Origin: Bacteroidota bacterium
GTDB taxonomy: Bacteria; Bacteroidota; Bacteroidia; AKYH767-A; JAHEYN01
Assembly: GCA_023251555.1 (NCBI GenBank)
Contig: JAHEYN010000008.1
Coordinates: forward strand, 11,535 to 75,534
Length of the DNA: 64,000 nucleotides
Reading direction: 5' to 3'
Shown here: positions 21,212 through 32,075 of the stretch, one piece after another
Numbering within the stretch: position 1 is the first letter of the stretch
Layout of the letters: every line of letters starts with the position of its first letter
The notes under the pieces: model-generated
What the model saw: the letters and a program-made list of their open reading frames with translations, nothing else
Databases searched by the model: none
Told to the model about the DNA's origin: nothing
Made by a program: the position numbers and the translations under genes

Positions 21212-24200
21212 ATGAGAAAACTTATCATAACCATCCTGCTCGCTTCAGGCTGCATCAGCAGTTTCGCGCAGCCCTACCGGAATGAGTGGATAAACTTCTC
21301 TTCCCAGTTTCCGTATTCCATGCAGCAATACTTCAAGATGCAGGTTTACAAACGGGGTATTTACAGGATCGACACTGCAGCATTGCTCCTTTCCAATATT
21401 CCATACTCTACTGTGAACCCGGCCAATTTCCAGGTTTTCTTCCAGGGATCAGAGCAGCGTATCTATGTGCAGAACAATGGGAACCCTTCGAAACTGGACG
21501 GGGATGACTTTATAGAATTCTATGCAGATAAAAATAATGGCAAACTGGACGCTGATTTATACAAAAGAGACAGTGCAGGATACTATGTCAATGATCCTTC
21601 CCTGCTTCCCAACCCTTACAGCAGCCTTTTCTCCGATACTGCCATCTATTACCTAACCTGGGGTAACTCTCCCGGCCTCCGGCTTACACTGGAAACCGAC
21701 TCCAACTACACCGGGACGCCCTCTGCTTATTTTACCTGCGAGGTGCTTCACCAGTACCTTGAAAATTATTTCCCGGGAAAGCCCAGCTCCGTGGGATCAT
21801 ACGATCCTGACTATACCGAAGGCGAAGGCTGGTTCAGCTGGGATATTTTCAAAGGAGGGGCCAAAGGCGACGGATATCTTGATTCAAGAAATGCATACGC
21901 ATCGGGGCCGGACGCATCCTTCTCTACTGTAGTCGTCGGGGCATCAAGCGATGGCTTTAACCCCGACCACCACCTCGTCATTGATGTGCTCCCCAATAAT
22001 GCCACCCCCGCAAGTTTTACCTATAATGCATATTATGATGGTTACGTTGCAAAAAAAATTGACTTCACCCTTCCCGTATCCAAGCTCGGCTCATGGAACA
22101 CCGGCATTACCTGGAGCGCACAGGGAAGCGGGAATGTTGATCGCAACGGCATTGCATATGCATTGCTGAAATACCCGCACACTTACGATTTGGAAGGAGA
22201 CAGCACTTTCCGCATGCTCATCCCCAACAGCACACAGGTCAAAACCTATCTTGTTATTACAGACTTTACAGCGGGAGGACAAGTGCCAGTTCTCTATGAC
22301 CTCACCAACGGGAAAAGAATAAAAACATTCCTCAGCGGCAACACTATAAGGGCACTGGTGCCCAATCCTTCTTCCTCAGGTGATAAAGAGTGTTACATCT
22401 CCGGCGAAAATGCCATAAACCGTGTTAGCTTCCTGAAACCTGTGAATGATGACCCTGCCTTTTACGGTAAGTTTATCAACTATGAATACCTTGGCCTGAC
22501 CACCCAACCGGACTATCTCATAGTAACCCCTCGTATGTTCTGGGCAGAAGCAAACGCATACAAGGCCCACCGGAGTTCAACTGCCGGAGGGGGACACAGC
22601 GTCGTGGTGGCTGACATCAATGAACTTTACGACCAGTTTTCCTGGGGAACTCCCAAGCACCCCCTCTCCATAAAGAATTTTGCCAACTTCTGCCTTGACA
22701 AGTGGGCAAGTCCTCCCAAACACATGCTCCTGCTTGGCAAGTCGCTGAATTCAAACTATATACGAAACGATGCCTCCTACTTTGAAATGGACGTAGTCCC
22801 GACCTATGGCTATCCTGCCTCTGACCAGCTCCTGACCTCAGGACTGAACGGAACCCTTTACGAACCGGCAATTGCCACGGGGAGAGTTTCTGCAAAAACT
22901 CCTTCCGAAGCAGGATGGTACCTCCAGAAAGTCATTGAGTACGAAAGCAACAAACCGGCAGAATGGATGAAACGGTGTATAAACTTCTGCGGAGGAGAAA
23001 CAGGAGGGCAAAACAACCTGCTATGCTCTTACCTGCATGAATTTGAAGACACCCTTGAAGGACAATTCTTTGGGGCAGAGGTGATTACTTTCTCCAAAAG
23101 CAGCACGGCCCCTATACAGCTTAACTTGTCTGATTCCCTGAAAAAACTGATAGAAGGCGGAGTGTCGATCATGCAGTTCTTCGGGCACTCTTCTGCGACA
23201 GGGTTTGACCAGAGCATTGATGCCCCTGAAGCCTACAACAACTACGGCAAGTATCCCCTCATCGTTTCTTACGGTTGTTTTTCAGGAGATATTCATACCC
23301 TTATCAACAGCCTCAGTGAACAGTTTGTTCTTTTACAAAACAAGGGTTCAATAGGATTTATTGCCGGCACAACCTTGGGGCTTGTAAACGAGCTCCACTC
23401 CTTCGGCACATACCTTAACAGCAACATCTCGAGGGTAAGTTACGGGCAAAGCATCGGCACCTGCATGAAGAACACTATCAAAAGCTATGAGTCCATGTCG
23501 CCGACCGAATTATATCATAAGATCACCTCCCTCACCATGACCCTTCACGGCGACCCGGGAGTTATCATTAATTCATTCCCAAAACCCGACCTTACCATTA
23601 CCCAGCCTGATATCTTCTGCACTACAGTTGATGGTTCTTCCGGTGAAATAACTACCATAATGGATAGCATGATGCTGCATATTACCTGCACTAACATAGG
23701 TAAAGTGGCCGTGGATTCATTTGATGTCAGCATCGTAAGAACATACCCGGACGGGGATCAGGCCAGCTACAAAAGGCGCATGCCTCCTGCCGCTTTTAAA
23801 AGTTACTTAACTATCGTTCTGCCCGTGGACAAAAGCCTGGGGGCAGGACTTAACACCTTCGATGTAACGGTCGACTCCGGGCAGGAGATAGATGAAATAG
23901 ACGAAGGAAACAATAAGGCTACCATACAAGTTCTCATCAAGTCAGATGACGTTTACCCGGTTTATCCTTATCGTTATGCCATTGTGCCCAATAATACCGT
24001 TACGCTGAAAGCAAGCACCTCCGACCCTTTTGCACCTGAGAAATCATACACATTTCAGATTGACACTACAGACCAGTTTAATGTGCTTGCCGCCCAAACG
24101 ATTTCCCAGAAAGGCGGAGTGCTGAGCTGGGTTCCGCCTCTGGTGCTGCAGGACAGCACCGTTTATTACTGGAGGATAAGTGTATCCGGAAGCAACGAGT

Positions 24201-26350
24201 GGAAAGAAAGTTCTTTTATATACATACCCGGCAAAACAGGCTGGTCGCAGGCTCATTTCCCCCAGTTCACAAAAGGGGATAAATACAAATATGTAAACGC
24301 TAACAAGAATACGCGCAAGTTTGAGTTCGTGGATGATATAAAGGCTATTAAAGCCAACACATTCAAGGACTCGTACTGGTCACCCCAGCCAGGGCACGAA
24401 GAGGACTGGGTCAGCAAGATGACCCTGGCTTCCAATGATGACATTCTTGGAGCGGGTGCATGCACCAACAACCTGAACATAGGGGTCATAGATTCCTCCA
24501 CGGGAGAGGCCTGGTCAAGCTACAAAGATGCCGGGGGACCCGGCCTGGGACAATTCGGAGACATTCACTGCTCCTCAAATCAGGAAGTGACGGTTTTCTG
24601 TTTTAACACGGAAACCCAGGCCGACAGGGATACTATCAGGAGCTTCCTTAACCAGATACCCTGCGGGTTTAAAGTTATCGTGTACAGCGTGGATAAACAC
24701 TATGCTGACTCATTCGACCTGCAGCTCATAGGAGCCTTCAACACTATCGGAAGCAAGATGAGCCAATCATATATTGCCGACTCCCTCCACAGCGACACAC
24801 CCTTCATTATTATCGGTGAAAAATGCGCCCCACAGGGCAGTGCGCTCGAAATAGTTGCAGACTCCCTCTCCCAGTTTATTGAAATTAAGTCATCCATGAC
24901 CGTTCACTGGAAATACGGGGCCATCTATTCCGAAACAATAGGGCCTGCTTCCAAATGGGGTTCCCTGCACTGGAGAGCGACAAGCGACAACAATGACACC
25001 ATAACACTGAACATGGTGGGGATACGTAATGACGGGACCGAAAAAATATTTATGGCCAACATTCCAAGGGCCCCGGGATACATGGATATATACAGCCTCG
25101 ACACCCTCATTGATGCCGCCACTTATCCATATATGCGCCTCGAAGCTTATGTCAGGGATGCAACACTCAGAACCCCGCCCCAGCTCGGGAAGTGGCAGAT
25201 TTATTTCGACGGTGTTCCCGAAGTCGCCATCAACCCGAATATCTATTCCTATTTTGTAAATAACGTGGAACATGGCGACAGCATCCGTTTTGAAACGGCA
25301 ATAGAAAATATCAGTGACTATCCGATGGACAGCATGAACGTGGATTTCTGGATCGATGACGAGAACAGGGACAGGCACTATTATCCCATGAAGGGAAAAC
25401 TTGCTCCCCTCCCTGCAGGAGGTTATACCATCGCCAGGTTTGAGTTTAAAACAGACAGTTTCCCGGGCAATAACAACCTCTGGATTGACGCAAACCCCTT
25501 TGACCTGAAAAAGGCTCCCTACAAGGCAAATTATGCCTTATCTCACCGCCACCTCCTTGAGCAGTACCATTTCAACAATATCGCCATAAGGAGTTTTAAT
25601 GTGGGAAGAGACCTGATTAACCCCTTGCTCGATGTAACTTTCGACGGATATCATATTCTCGACGGGGACATCGTTTCAGCCAAGCCCGAAATTGTCATAC
25701 AGCTTACTGATGAAAACAAATTCCTTGCACTGGATGACACCAGCGAGTTTGCAATCTATATCAAGAAAGATAAGGCTTTTGAACAGGATAAACTTTACTT
25801 CGAAAAAGTGCAGGACATAAAATCCGACCGCACAAGGATGAAGTGGAGCAAAGCTTCTCTCCCGCAAAACCGCTTTCATATCGAATATTCCCCTGTGCTG
25901 GAAGACGGGGTGTATGAACTCTATGTACAGGCGAAAGACAAATCCAATAATCTTTCCGGGGCATCGGAATATAAGGTCAGCTTCGAAGTTATCAACAAAC
26001 CGACGATCACCGAAGTCCTGAATTATCCGAACCCTTTCTCCACTTCAACAAAATTTGCCTTTGTTCTGACCGGCTCTGAAGTGCCTACAGATTTCAAAAT
26101 ACAGATTCTGACACCCACAGGCAGAATTGTAAAGGAGATCGGGAGATCTGAAATCGGCAACCTCAGGATAGGCAGGAATGTAACTGATTATGCCTGGGAC
26201 GGGAAAGACGAGTTCGGCGATCAGCTTGCCAACGGCATTTATTTCTACCGTGTTCTCAGCAGGCTGAACGGGGAAACCCTCGACAAACGCAACTCGGATG
26301 CAGACGCCTTCTTCAAAAACGGATGGGGCAAGATGTACCTGATGAGGTAA
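21212..26350 (+). CDS. porU: PorU-like C25 (gingipain-family) cysteine peptidase, 1712 aa, with CTD-like C-terminus
   Basis: Candidate catalytic His/Cys dyad in clan-CD context (FFGHSSATGF ... LIVSYGCFSGD). VVVADINELY... and VVPTYGYPASD blocks resemble C25. C-terminus ...NGIYFYRVLSRLNGE... is CTD-like. Adjacent to porV. Confidence 0.6.
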   Translation: MRKLIITILLASGCISSFAQPYRNEWINFSSQFPYSMQQYFKMQVYKRGIYRIDTAALLLSNIPYSTVNPANFQVFFQGSEQRIYVQNNGNPSKLDGDDFIEFYADKNNGKLDADLYKRDSAGYYVNDPSLLPNPYSSLFSDTAIYYLTWGNSPGLRLTLETDSNYTGTPSAYFTCEVLHQYLENYFPGKPSSVGSYDPDYTEGEGWFSWDIFKGGAKGDGYLDSRNAYASGPDASFSTVVVGASSDGFNPDHHLVIDVLPNNATPASFTYNAYYDGYVAKKIDFTLPVSKLGSWNTGITWSAQGSGNVDRNGIAYALLKYPHTYDLEGDSTFRMLIPNSTQVKTYLVITDFTAGGQVPVLYDLTNGKRIKTFLSGNTIRALVPNPSSSGDKECYISGENAINRVSFLKPVNDDPAFYGKFINYEYLGLTTQPDYLIVTPRMFWAEANAYKAHRSSTAGGGHSVVVADINELYDQFSWGTPKHPLSIKNFANFCLDKWASPPKHMLLLGKSLNSNYIRNDASYFEMDVVPTYGYPASDQLLTSGLNGTLYEPAIATGRVSAKTPSEAGWYLQKVIEYESNKPAEWMKRCINFCGGETGGQNNLLCSYLHEFEDTLEGQFFGAEVITFSKSSTAPIQLNLSDSLKKLIEGGVSIMQFFGHSSATGFDQSIDAPEAYNNYGKYPLIVSYGCFSGDIHTLINSLSEQFVLLQNKGSIGFIAGTTLGLVNELHSFGTYLNSNISRVSYGQSIGTCMKNTIKSYESMSPTELYHKITSLTMTLHGDPGVIINSFPKPDLTITQPDIFCTTVDGSSGEITTIMDSMMLHITCTNIGKVAVDSFDVSIVRTYPDGDQASYKRRMPPAAFKSYLTIVLPVDKSLGAGLNTFDVTVDSGQEIDEIDEGNNKATIQVLIKSDDVYPVYPYRYAIVPNNTVTLKASTSDPFAPEKSYTFQIDTTDQFNVLAAQTISQKGGVLSWVPPLVLQDSTVYYWRISVSGSNEWKESSFIYIPGKTGWSQAHFPQFTKGDKYKYVNANKNTRKFEFVDDIKAIKANTFKDSYWSPQPGHEEDWVSKMTLASNDDILGAGACTNNLNIGVIDSSTGEAWSSYKDAGGPGLGQFGDIHCSSNQEVTVFCFNTETQADRDTIRSFLNQIPCGFKVIVYSVDKHYADSFDLQLIGAFNTIGSKMSQSYIADSLHSDTPFIIIGEKCAPQGSALEIVADSLSQFIEIKSSMTVHWKYGAIYSETIGPASKWGSLHWRATSDNNDTITLNMVGIRNDGTEKIFMANIPRAPGYMDIYSLDTLIDAATYPYMRLEAYVRDATLRTPPQLGKWQIYFDGVPEVAINPNIYSYFVNNVEHGDSIRFETAIENISDYPMDSMNVDFWIDDENRDRHYYPMKGKLAPLPAGGYTIARFEFKTDSFPGNNNLWIDANPFDLKKAPYKANYALSHRHLLEQYHFNNIAIRSFNVGRDLINPLLDVTFDGYHILDGDIVSAKPEIVIQLTDENKFLALDDTSEFAIYIKKDKAFEQDKLYFEKVQDIKSDRTRMKWSKASLPQNRFHIEYSPVLEDGVYELYVQAKDKSNNLSGASEYKVSFEVINKPTITEVLNYPNPFSTSTKFAFVLTGSEVPTDFKIQILTPTGRIVKEIGRSEIGNLRIGRNVTDYAWDGKDEFGDQLANGIYFYRVLSRLNGETLDKRNSDADAFFKNGWGKMYLMR

Positions 26351-26372
26351 GCCATAGCTTCAGTGTTAAAAA

Positions 26373-26402
26373 TCCTCCCCGGAACCGGGGAGGATTTTTT
26401 TT
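26373..26402 (+). terminator. rho-independent terminator after the PorU-like gene
   Basis: tcctccccgg aa ccggggagga, then an 8-T run. Confidence 0.7.
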
Positions 26403-26441
26403 GCCCCAGGGTTTTTATTTCGTCCGGAAATACCATTTACT

Positions 26442-28061
26442 TTGCAACACTCTATTATGAAAAAAGACACCCTCAAAAGGCTTGTGCTGGCAACTGGTTC
26501 AGGATTGATCCTTTCCGCTGCCTGGCCGCCTTACGGCTTTTCCCCACTCCTGCTCTTCGCCTTTATTCCTCTCCTGTGGATGGAAGAAGATTATCAGGGA
26601 AATTCCCGGGTGCGATTTTCTTTCCTGGTTTATTTTTCATTTTTTATATGGAACCTGCTGACTTCATGGTGGATTTACAAGGCAACACTCTTCGGTGCTG
26701 CAATGGCCATTGTGTGCAATGCCCTGTTCATGACTGCGGTATTTCTCCTGTTTCACGGCATCAAAAAAAGATGGGGGCACATCACAGGATACACAAGCCT
26801 TATCGCTGGCTGGATCAGTTTCGAGTACCTTCATCTCAACTGGGACCTTTCCTGGCCCTGGCTCACACTGGGCAATGGCTTTTCCTCTTCTTACAAACTT
26901 GTCCAGTGGTATGAATATACAGGTGTCCTCGGCGGAAGTGCATGGATTCTCATCGTAAACATTCTGATCTTTCAACTTCTCCGGGAACGAATCCGCGATC
27001 GCCGGAAAATACATAGACCGCTATTGTTCTGTACCCTGGTACTTATCTTCTTTCCCATGATTTTTTCCCTTGCCCTTTACAGCAACTACAGGGAAAAGCC
27101 CAATCCCGTGGACATCATCGTTGTGCAGCCCAATATTGACCCTTATACAGAAAAGTTTTCGGGCCCTGTGGATGAACAGATGGCGAAACTCCTGCATCTT
27201 GCATCAACACAAACAGATTCCTCGGCAGATTACATCATATGCCCTGAAACAGCACTGCCGGCAGGAATATGGGAAAATAACATGAGCGAAGACAATAACA
27301 TCGGCATTATCAGGCAATTCATCAGGTCTTACCCAAAACTTAAATTTATATGCGGGCTCTCCTCCTACCGCCTGTATAAAAAAGGAGAACAACATTCTGT
27401 CACTGCACGCAGGTTTACACGCGATGAAGGCTACTATGATGCCTACAACTCATCCATGCAGATTGACAGTAGTCCCCGCATACAGATTTACCATAAATCA
27501 AAACTGGTACCAGGGGTAGAAAAAATGCCTTACCCCGCGCTGTTCGGATTTCTTGAAAGATATGCCATTGACATGGGCGGAATGTCAGGAAGCCTGGGAA
27601 ACCAGAACGAAAGAACGGTATTTATATCTCCCGGGGACCCCGTTAAAATCGGCACTGCCATCTGTTATGAATCTGTGTACGGTGAATTCTTCGGGGAATA
27701 CGTGAAAAAGGGCGCAACTCTCATGAGCATTATTACCAATGACGGATGGTGGGGCGACACTCCCGGATACAGGCAGCATCTCTCCTATGCCCGGCTGCGT
27801 GCAATTGAAACAAGGAGATCCATCGCACGGTCTGCAAACACCGGGATCTCCTGCTTTATCAACCAGAGAGGGGATATCTCCATGTCCACCGGATGGTGGA
27901 AACCCGCCGTGATCAGGGGAAGCCTCAATGCCAGCGACAGGGTAACCTTTTATGCCAGGTGGGGAGATTACCCCGGCCGGCTGTCAATTCTTGCATCCAT
28001 TGCAGTATTGTTGCGTATTTTTATACTGAAAATAAAAAGAAAATATGATGGAAAAATATGA
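26442..28061 (+). CDS. lnt: apolipoprotein N-acyltransferase
   Basis: N-terminal multi-TM region plus C-terminal CN-hydrolase domain (ICYESVYGEF..., TNDGWWGDTPGYRQH). Confidence 0.9.
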   Translation: MQHSIMKKDTLKRLVLATGSGLILSAAWPPYGFSPLLLFAFIPLLWMEEDYQGNSRVRFSFLVYFSFFIWNLLTSWWIYKATLFGAAMAIVCNALFMTAVFLLFHGIKKRWGHITGYTSLIAGWISFEYLHLNWDLSWPWLTLGNGFSSSYKLVQWYEYTGVLGGSAWILIVNILIFQLLRERIRDRRKIHRPLLFCTLVLIFFPMIFSLALYSNYREKPNPVDIIVVQPNIDPYTEKFSGPVDEQMAKLLHLASTQTDSSADYIICPETALPAGIWENNMSEDNNIGIIRQFIRSYPKLKFICGLSSYRLYKKGEQHSVTARRFTRDEGYYDAYNSSMQIDSSPRIQIYHKSKLVPGVEKMPYPALFGFLERYAIDMGGMSGSLGNQNERTVFISPGDPVKIGTAICYESVYGEFFGEYVKKGATLMSIITNDGWWGDTPGYRQHLSYARLRAIETRRSIARSANTGISCFINQRGDISMSTGWWKPAVIRGSLNASDRVTFYARWGDYPGRLSILASIAVLLRIFILKIKRKYDGKI

Positions 28062-29451
28062 TATCACCGTCATCGGGGCAGGGCCCGGAGGTTATGTGGC
28101 AGCCATTCGTTGTGCACAGCTCGGAATGAAAACTGCCATCATTGAACGCTACCCCACCCCTGGCGGCACCTGCCTGAATGTAGGCTGCATACCATCAAAG
28201 ACACTTCTTGATTCCACTGAACATTTTTTTAATGCCAAACATCATTTCGAAAAACACGGGATTCTGCTTAGCGATCTCAGGGCAGACCTTGGCAAAATGA
28301 TGAAAAGGAAAGAAGATGTTATCAGGCAGACTGCTGCCGGCATTTCTTTCCTGATAAAGAAAAACAAGATAACCCTGTACCATGGCCATGCATCTTTTGA
28401 ATCAAAAAATATTATTACAATACTGGCAGGAAACGGGGAACAATTGAAGATTGAATCCGCGAAAACCATTATTGCAACAGGATCCAAGCCATCCTGCCCC
28501 CATGGAATAATTCTGGATAAAGAAAGAATCATCACTTCAACAGAAGCTCTGGGCCTCGGGGAAATTCCCTCCCATCTCCTCGTTATCGGTGGCGGAGCCA
28601 TTGGGCTGGAGCTTGGATCGGTATTCGCCCGTCTTGGAGCAAAAGTAACTGTCATTGAATTTCTTGATTCCCTGATTCCGGCTATGGACAGGTCATTAGG
28701 AAAGGAGCTGGAGAAGATCCTGAAAAAAGAAGGATTGGACTTTTACCTCGGCCATCGTGTAAAAAACCTGAAAACAGAAAAAGAAAAAGTTCTGCTCGAA
28801 GCAGAGGACAGCAAAGGGCAAACCATTACCCTTCAGGGAGATTATTGCCTTGTAGCAACGGGAAGAAAGCCCTATACCGAAAAACTCGGCCTCGAAAAAG
28901 CAGGAATAAAGCAGGATGAAAAAGGAAGAATTATTACCAATAAACATCTTGAAACTGATGCGCCCGGTATCTATGCCATAGGAGATGTTGTTGCTGGTCC
29001 CATGCTGGCGCATAAAGCCGAAGAAGAAGGCGTTTATGTGGCAGAACACATTGCAGGACAGAAGCCGCATATTAATTACAACCTCATCCCGGGAGTCGTA
29101 TACACATGGCCGGAAGTGGCATCCGCAGGGAAATCCGAGGAAGAACTGAAAGCATCAGGAACAGCATACCGGTCGGGATCTTTCCCGTTCAGGGCCAGCG
29201 GGAGAGCCCGGGCAAGCATGGATACAGACGGTTTTGTGAAGATATTGTCCGATGCCAGGACCGATGAAATTCTGGGGGTGCACATGATCGGCCCCCGTGC
29301 AGCAGATATGATTTCTGAAGCCGTCGTCGCCATGGAGTACAGGGCATCTGCGGAAGATATTGCCCGTATCTGCCACGCACACCCCACCTTCTCAGAGGCT
29401 ATAAAAGAAGCTGCGCTTGATGCGTCTGCAAAACGCGCAATTCACCTGTAA
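28045..29451 (+). CDS. lpdA: dihydrolipoyl dehydrogenase
   Basis: FAD-binding GAGPGGY, redox-active GGTCLNVGCIPSK, NAD-binding GGGAIGLE, C-terminal HAHPT dimerisation motif. Overlaps the lnt stop by 17 nt. Confidence 0.95.
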   Translation: MMEKYDITVIGAGPGGYVAAIRCAQLGMKTAIIERYPTPGGTCLNVGCIPSKTLLDSTEHFFNAKHHFEKHGILLSDLRADLGKMMKRKEDVIRQTAAGISFLIKKNKITLYHGHASFESKNIITILAGNGEQLKIESAKTIIATGSKPSCPHGIILDKERIITSTEALGLGEIPSHLLVIGGGAIGLELGSVFARLGAKVTVIEFLDSLIPAMDRSLGKELEKILKKEGLDFYLGHRVKNLKTEKEKVLLEAEDSKGQTITLQGDYCLVATGRKPYTEKLGLEKAGIKQDEKGRIITNKHLETDAPGIYAIGDVVAGPMLAHKAEEEGVYVAEHIAGQKPHINYNLIPGVVYTWPEVASAGKSEEELKASGTAYRSGSFPFRASGRARASMDTDGFVKILSDARTDEILGVHMIGPRAADMISEAVVAMEYRASAEDIARICHAHPTFSEAIKEAALDASAKRAIHL

Positions 29452-29455
29452 CCTC

Positions 29456-30475
29456 ATGAAAAAAGGCGTCCTTCTTGTAAACCTCGGAACCCCGGACAGC
29501 CCTTCGGTGAAGGATGTCAGGAAGTACCTCACACAATTTCTCAATGATCCGCGGGTGATTGACATTCCGGCAATTGCAAGATTTTTCCTGGTTAACTTCA
29601 TTATCGTTCCTTTCCGGGCGCCGAAATCTGCCGCCCTTTACAAGAAAATATGGACACCCGAAGGCTCTCCCCTCCTGACTCACGGGAAAAAGATAAAAAA
29701 TCTCCTCCGGCAAAGCCTCGGCGGGAAGTATAGCGTAGAGCTCGGTATGCGGTACGGAAACCCGTCCATTGAAGATGCTCTTGACATCCTCAAAAATAAA
29801 AAAGTTGAACACATCATCATTATCCCGCTATATCCACAGTATGCTTCTTCCAGCACAGGATCCACGATGGAAGAAATTTTCCGTATAATGAAAACATGGG
29901 AAGTGGTGCCTTCCTTTACCGTCAGCGGCCCGTTTTACAATAACCCTTTATTCATTGAAGCCTTTGCAAGACGTGCAGAGCAGTGCATACCCGCATCTTA
30001 TGACCATATCCTTTTCAGCTATCACGGCCTGCCGGAGAGGCATATTATTAAAGCCTCCGCTGAAATGGGATCCTCCTGCACACTATCACAGGCATGCTGC
30101 TCATCAATCAACGAAAACAATCACTCCTGTTACCGCGCCGCCTGTTACGAAACCACCCGGCTGATAGCAGAAAGACTGAAACTGACCTCCGGAAGTTACA
30201 GCGTGAGTTTCCAGTCAAGACTCGGCAAAGAGCCATGGATAAAACCATACACCGAAGAAATAGTGAAAGAAAAAGCCCGTCAGGGTATAAAACGGATGCT
30301 GGTCATTGCCCCTGCCTTCGTGGCCGACTGCCTTGAAACACTTTATGAGATCGGGGTGGAGTACGATGTACTTTTCAGGGAACATGGAGGGGAAAAACTG
30401 CAGATGGCTGAAAGCCTCAATGATCACCCGGCCTGGGTTGAGGCGCTTAAATCAATGGTTCTGAAATCCTCTTAA
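29456..30475 (+). CDS. hemH: ferrochelatase
   Basis: MKKGVLLVNLGTPDSP start, YPQYASSSTGS and LFSYHGLPERH motifs. Confidence 0.9.
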   Translation: MKKGVLLVNLGTPDSPSVKDVRKYLTQFLNDPRVIDIPAIARFFLVNFIIVPFRAPKSAALYKKIWTPEGSPLLTHGKKIKNLLRQSLGGKYSVELGMRYGNPSIEDALDILKNKKVEHIIIIPLYPQYASSSTGSTMEEIFRIMKTWEVVPSFTVSGPFYNNPLFIEAFARRAEQCIPASYDHILFSYHGLPERHIIKASAEMGSSCTLSQACCSSINENNHSCYRAACYETTRLIAERLKLTSGSYSVSFQSRLGKEPWIKPYTEEIVKEKARQGIKRMLVIAPAFVADCLETLYEIGVEYDVLFREHGGEKLQMAESLNDHPAWVEALKSMVLKSS

Positions 30476-30477
30476 AC

Positions 30478-31773
30478 ATGAGGGAGAAAAAAAGCTACTC
30501 ACACAGGGATCCCCTCTTCAAAAGAAAATTCCTGCAGTGGGCTTCCCGATATGAGCGGTTTTGTTTCCTGGACAACAACGGATACAGCCACAGGCAATAC
30601 CACAGCCATAAATGCATTGCCGGCCTCGGGAGCATTAAAGAGTTTACAATCCGAAGTGTCGCAGATATTGATAAATGCAGGAGATTCATTAATGTCAGCA
30701 GTGACTGGCTGTTCGCAGCCATCAGCTATGACATGAAAAACATTTTTGAATCGCTTACTTCCGGGAACCCTGACTTTTGCGGATTTCCCCTGCTCCATTT
30801 ATTTTGTCCGGAGTTAATTTTTGAAATAAGCGATGAAAGCGTTTCCGTTCTTTTTTTTCCCGGCCCCGGTGCAGAGAAGCAGTCGGATAAAGTTGTTGCA
30901 GAAATATTGTCAACTCCGCTGCACGGGAGCATATCAGATAAAATCCCTGTCCGGAGCCGTATCACCAGGGAAGACTACATTGAAACTGTTGCTGCCATAA
31001 AAAATCATATCCGGCAGGGAGATTGTTATGAGCTGAACTATTGCCAGGAGTTTTTCTCTGAAGATGCAGTACTTAGTCCCCATGCCGTATTTGATGCGCT
31101 AAACCGTTATTCACCGGCGCCTTTCGCAGGCTTTTACAGGCTTGGAGAGCATTACCTCATGTGTTCCAGCCCGGAAAGGTTCCTCAGGAAAGAAGGAGTG
31201 AAAATTATTTCGCAGCCAGTAAAAGGAACCATCCGGAGAGGCGGCAGTCCGGATGAGGATGAGATGCTCCGCACCCTGCTCCTCAATGATCCGAAAGAGC
31301 GGGCAGAAAATGTGATGATTGTTGACCTGGTGCGCAATGACCTTTCGCGTATCTCTGTCCCGGGAAGCGTGGAAGCCGAGGAATTGTTCGGGGTCTACAC
31401 TTTCGGCCAGGTGCACCAGATGATCTCCACTGTAATAGGCCGGTTATCCGGAAATCCTGATTTTATAAGCATCCTGTCAGCCGCTTTTCCCATGGGTTCC
31501 ATGACCGGGGCGCCAAAAATAAAAGCTATGGAACTGATTGATCGTTATGAAAACTCCCGGAGAGGTATTTTTTCAGGGGCCGTGGGATACATTAACCCTT
31601 CTGGTGATTTCGACTTTAACGTAGTAATACGGAGCCTCGTGTATAATGCGGGAAGCAGGTACCTTTCTTTCATGACAGGCAGCGCCATCACCTTCAGTTC
31701 CTCTCCCGAAAAGGAATATGAAGAATGCCTGCTTAAAGCCGCCGCGATGAAGCACATACTCGGTAATAACTAA
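30478..31773 (+). CDS. pabB: aminodeoxychorismate/anthranilate synthase component I family (chorismate-binding)
   Basis: GDCYELNYCQEF, SPERFLRKEG, IISQPVKGTIRRG, PMGSMTGAPKIKAME chorismate-binding motifs. Confidence 0.8.
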   Translation: MREKKSYSHRDPLFKRKFLQWASRYERFCFLDNNGYSHRQYHSHKCIAGLGSIKEFTIRSVADIDKCRRFINVSSDWLFAAISYDMKNIFESLTSGNPDFCGFPLLHLFCPELIFEISDESVSVLFFPGPGAEKQSDKVVAEILSTPLHGSISDKIPVRSRITREDYIETVAAIKNHIRQGDCYELNYCQEFFSEDAVLSPHAVFDALNRYSPAPFAGFYRLGEHYLMCSSPERFLRKEGVKIISQPVKGTIRRGGSPDEDEMLRTLLLNDPKERAENVMIVDLVRNDLSRISVPGSVEAEELFGVYTFGQVHQMISTVIGRLSGNPDFISILSAAFPMGSMTGAPKIKAMELIDRYENSRRGIFSGAVGYINPSGDFDFNVVIRSLVYNAGSRYLSFMTGSAITFSSSPEKEYEECLLKAAAMKHILGNN

Positions 31774-31952
31774 TGCTCCCCGGCATTTCCTGCTGATGTT
31801 ACAGGAAGCCGTCTCAAAAACATGTTCAGGCGTTTTCAAGCATTTTTTCTTCAGGCCAGGCATTTTTAGAAGCCCATACCAGAAGGAGTCTGGGCAATAA
31901 AAATAACGAAGCATGAAGGAAAAAGACGCCAGAAAATCAGGCAAAAGATATT

Positions 31953-31984
31953 TTTGAGATGGCTTCATATAATTATTATCTTTG
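31953..31984 (+). promoter_or_regulatory. putative Bacteroidetes promoter (-33 TTTG, 20-nt spacer, -7 TATCTTTG) for tRNA-Cys copy 1
   Basis: TTTG at 31953-31956 and TAnnTTTG at 31977-31984. The tRNA 5' end is 18 nt downstream. Confidence 0.35.
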
Positions 31985-32001
31985 AATCCCTGAAAAAAAA
32001 T

Positions 32002-32075
32002 GGTCCTGTGGCCGAGTGGCTAGGCAGAGGTCTGCAAAACCTTGTACAGCGGTTCGAATCCGCTCGGGACCTCCA
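32002..32075 (+). tRNA. tRNA-Cys (anticodon GCA), 3' CCA encoded
   Basis: Acceptor stem GGTCCTG/CGGGACC, anticodon stem GAGGT/ACCTT with loop CTGCAAA, T-arm GCGGTTCGAATCCGC. Confidence 0.9.

Noticed and set aside
31774-31840. Weak hairpin (ttcctg...caggaa) after pabB
   Set aside because: No T-run follows, so it is not convincing as an intrinsic terminator.
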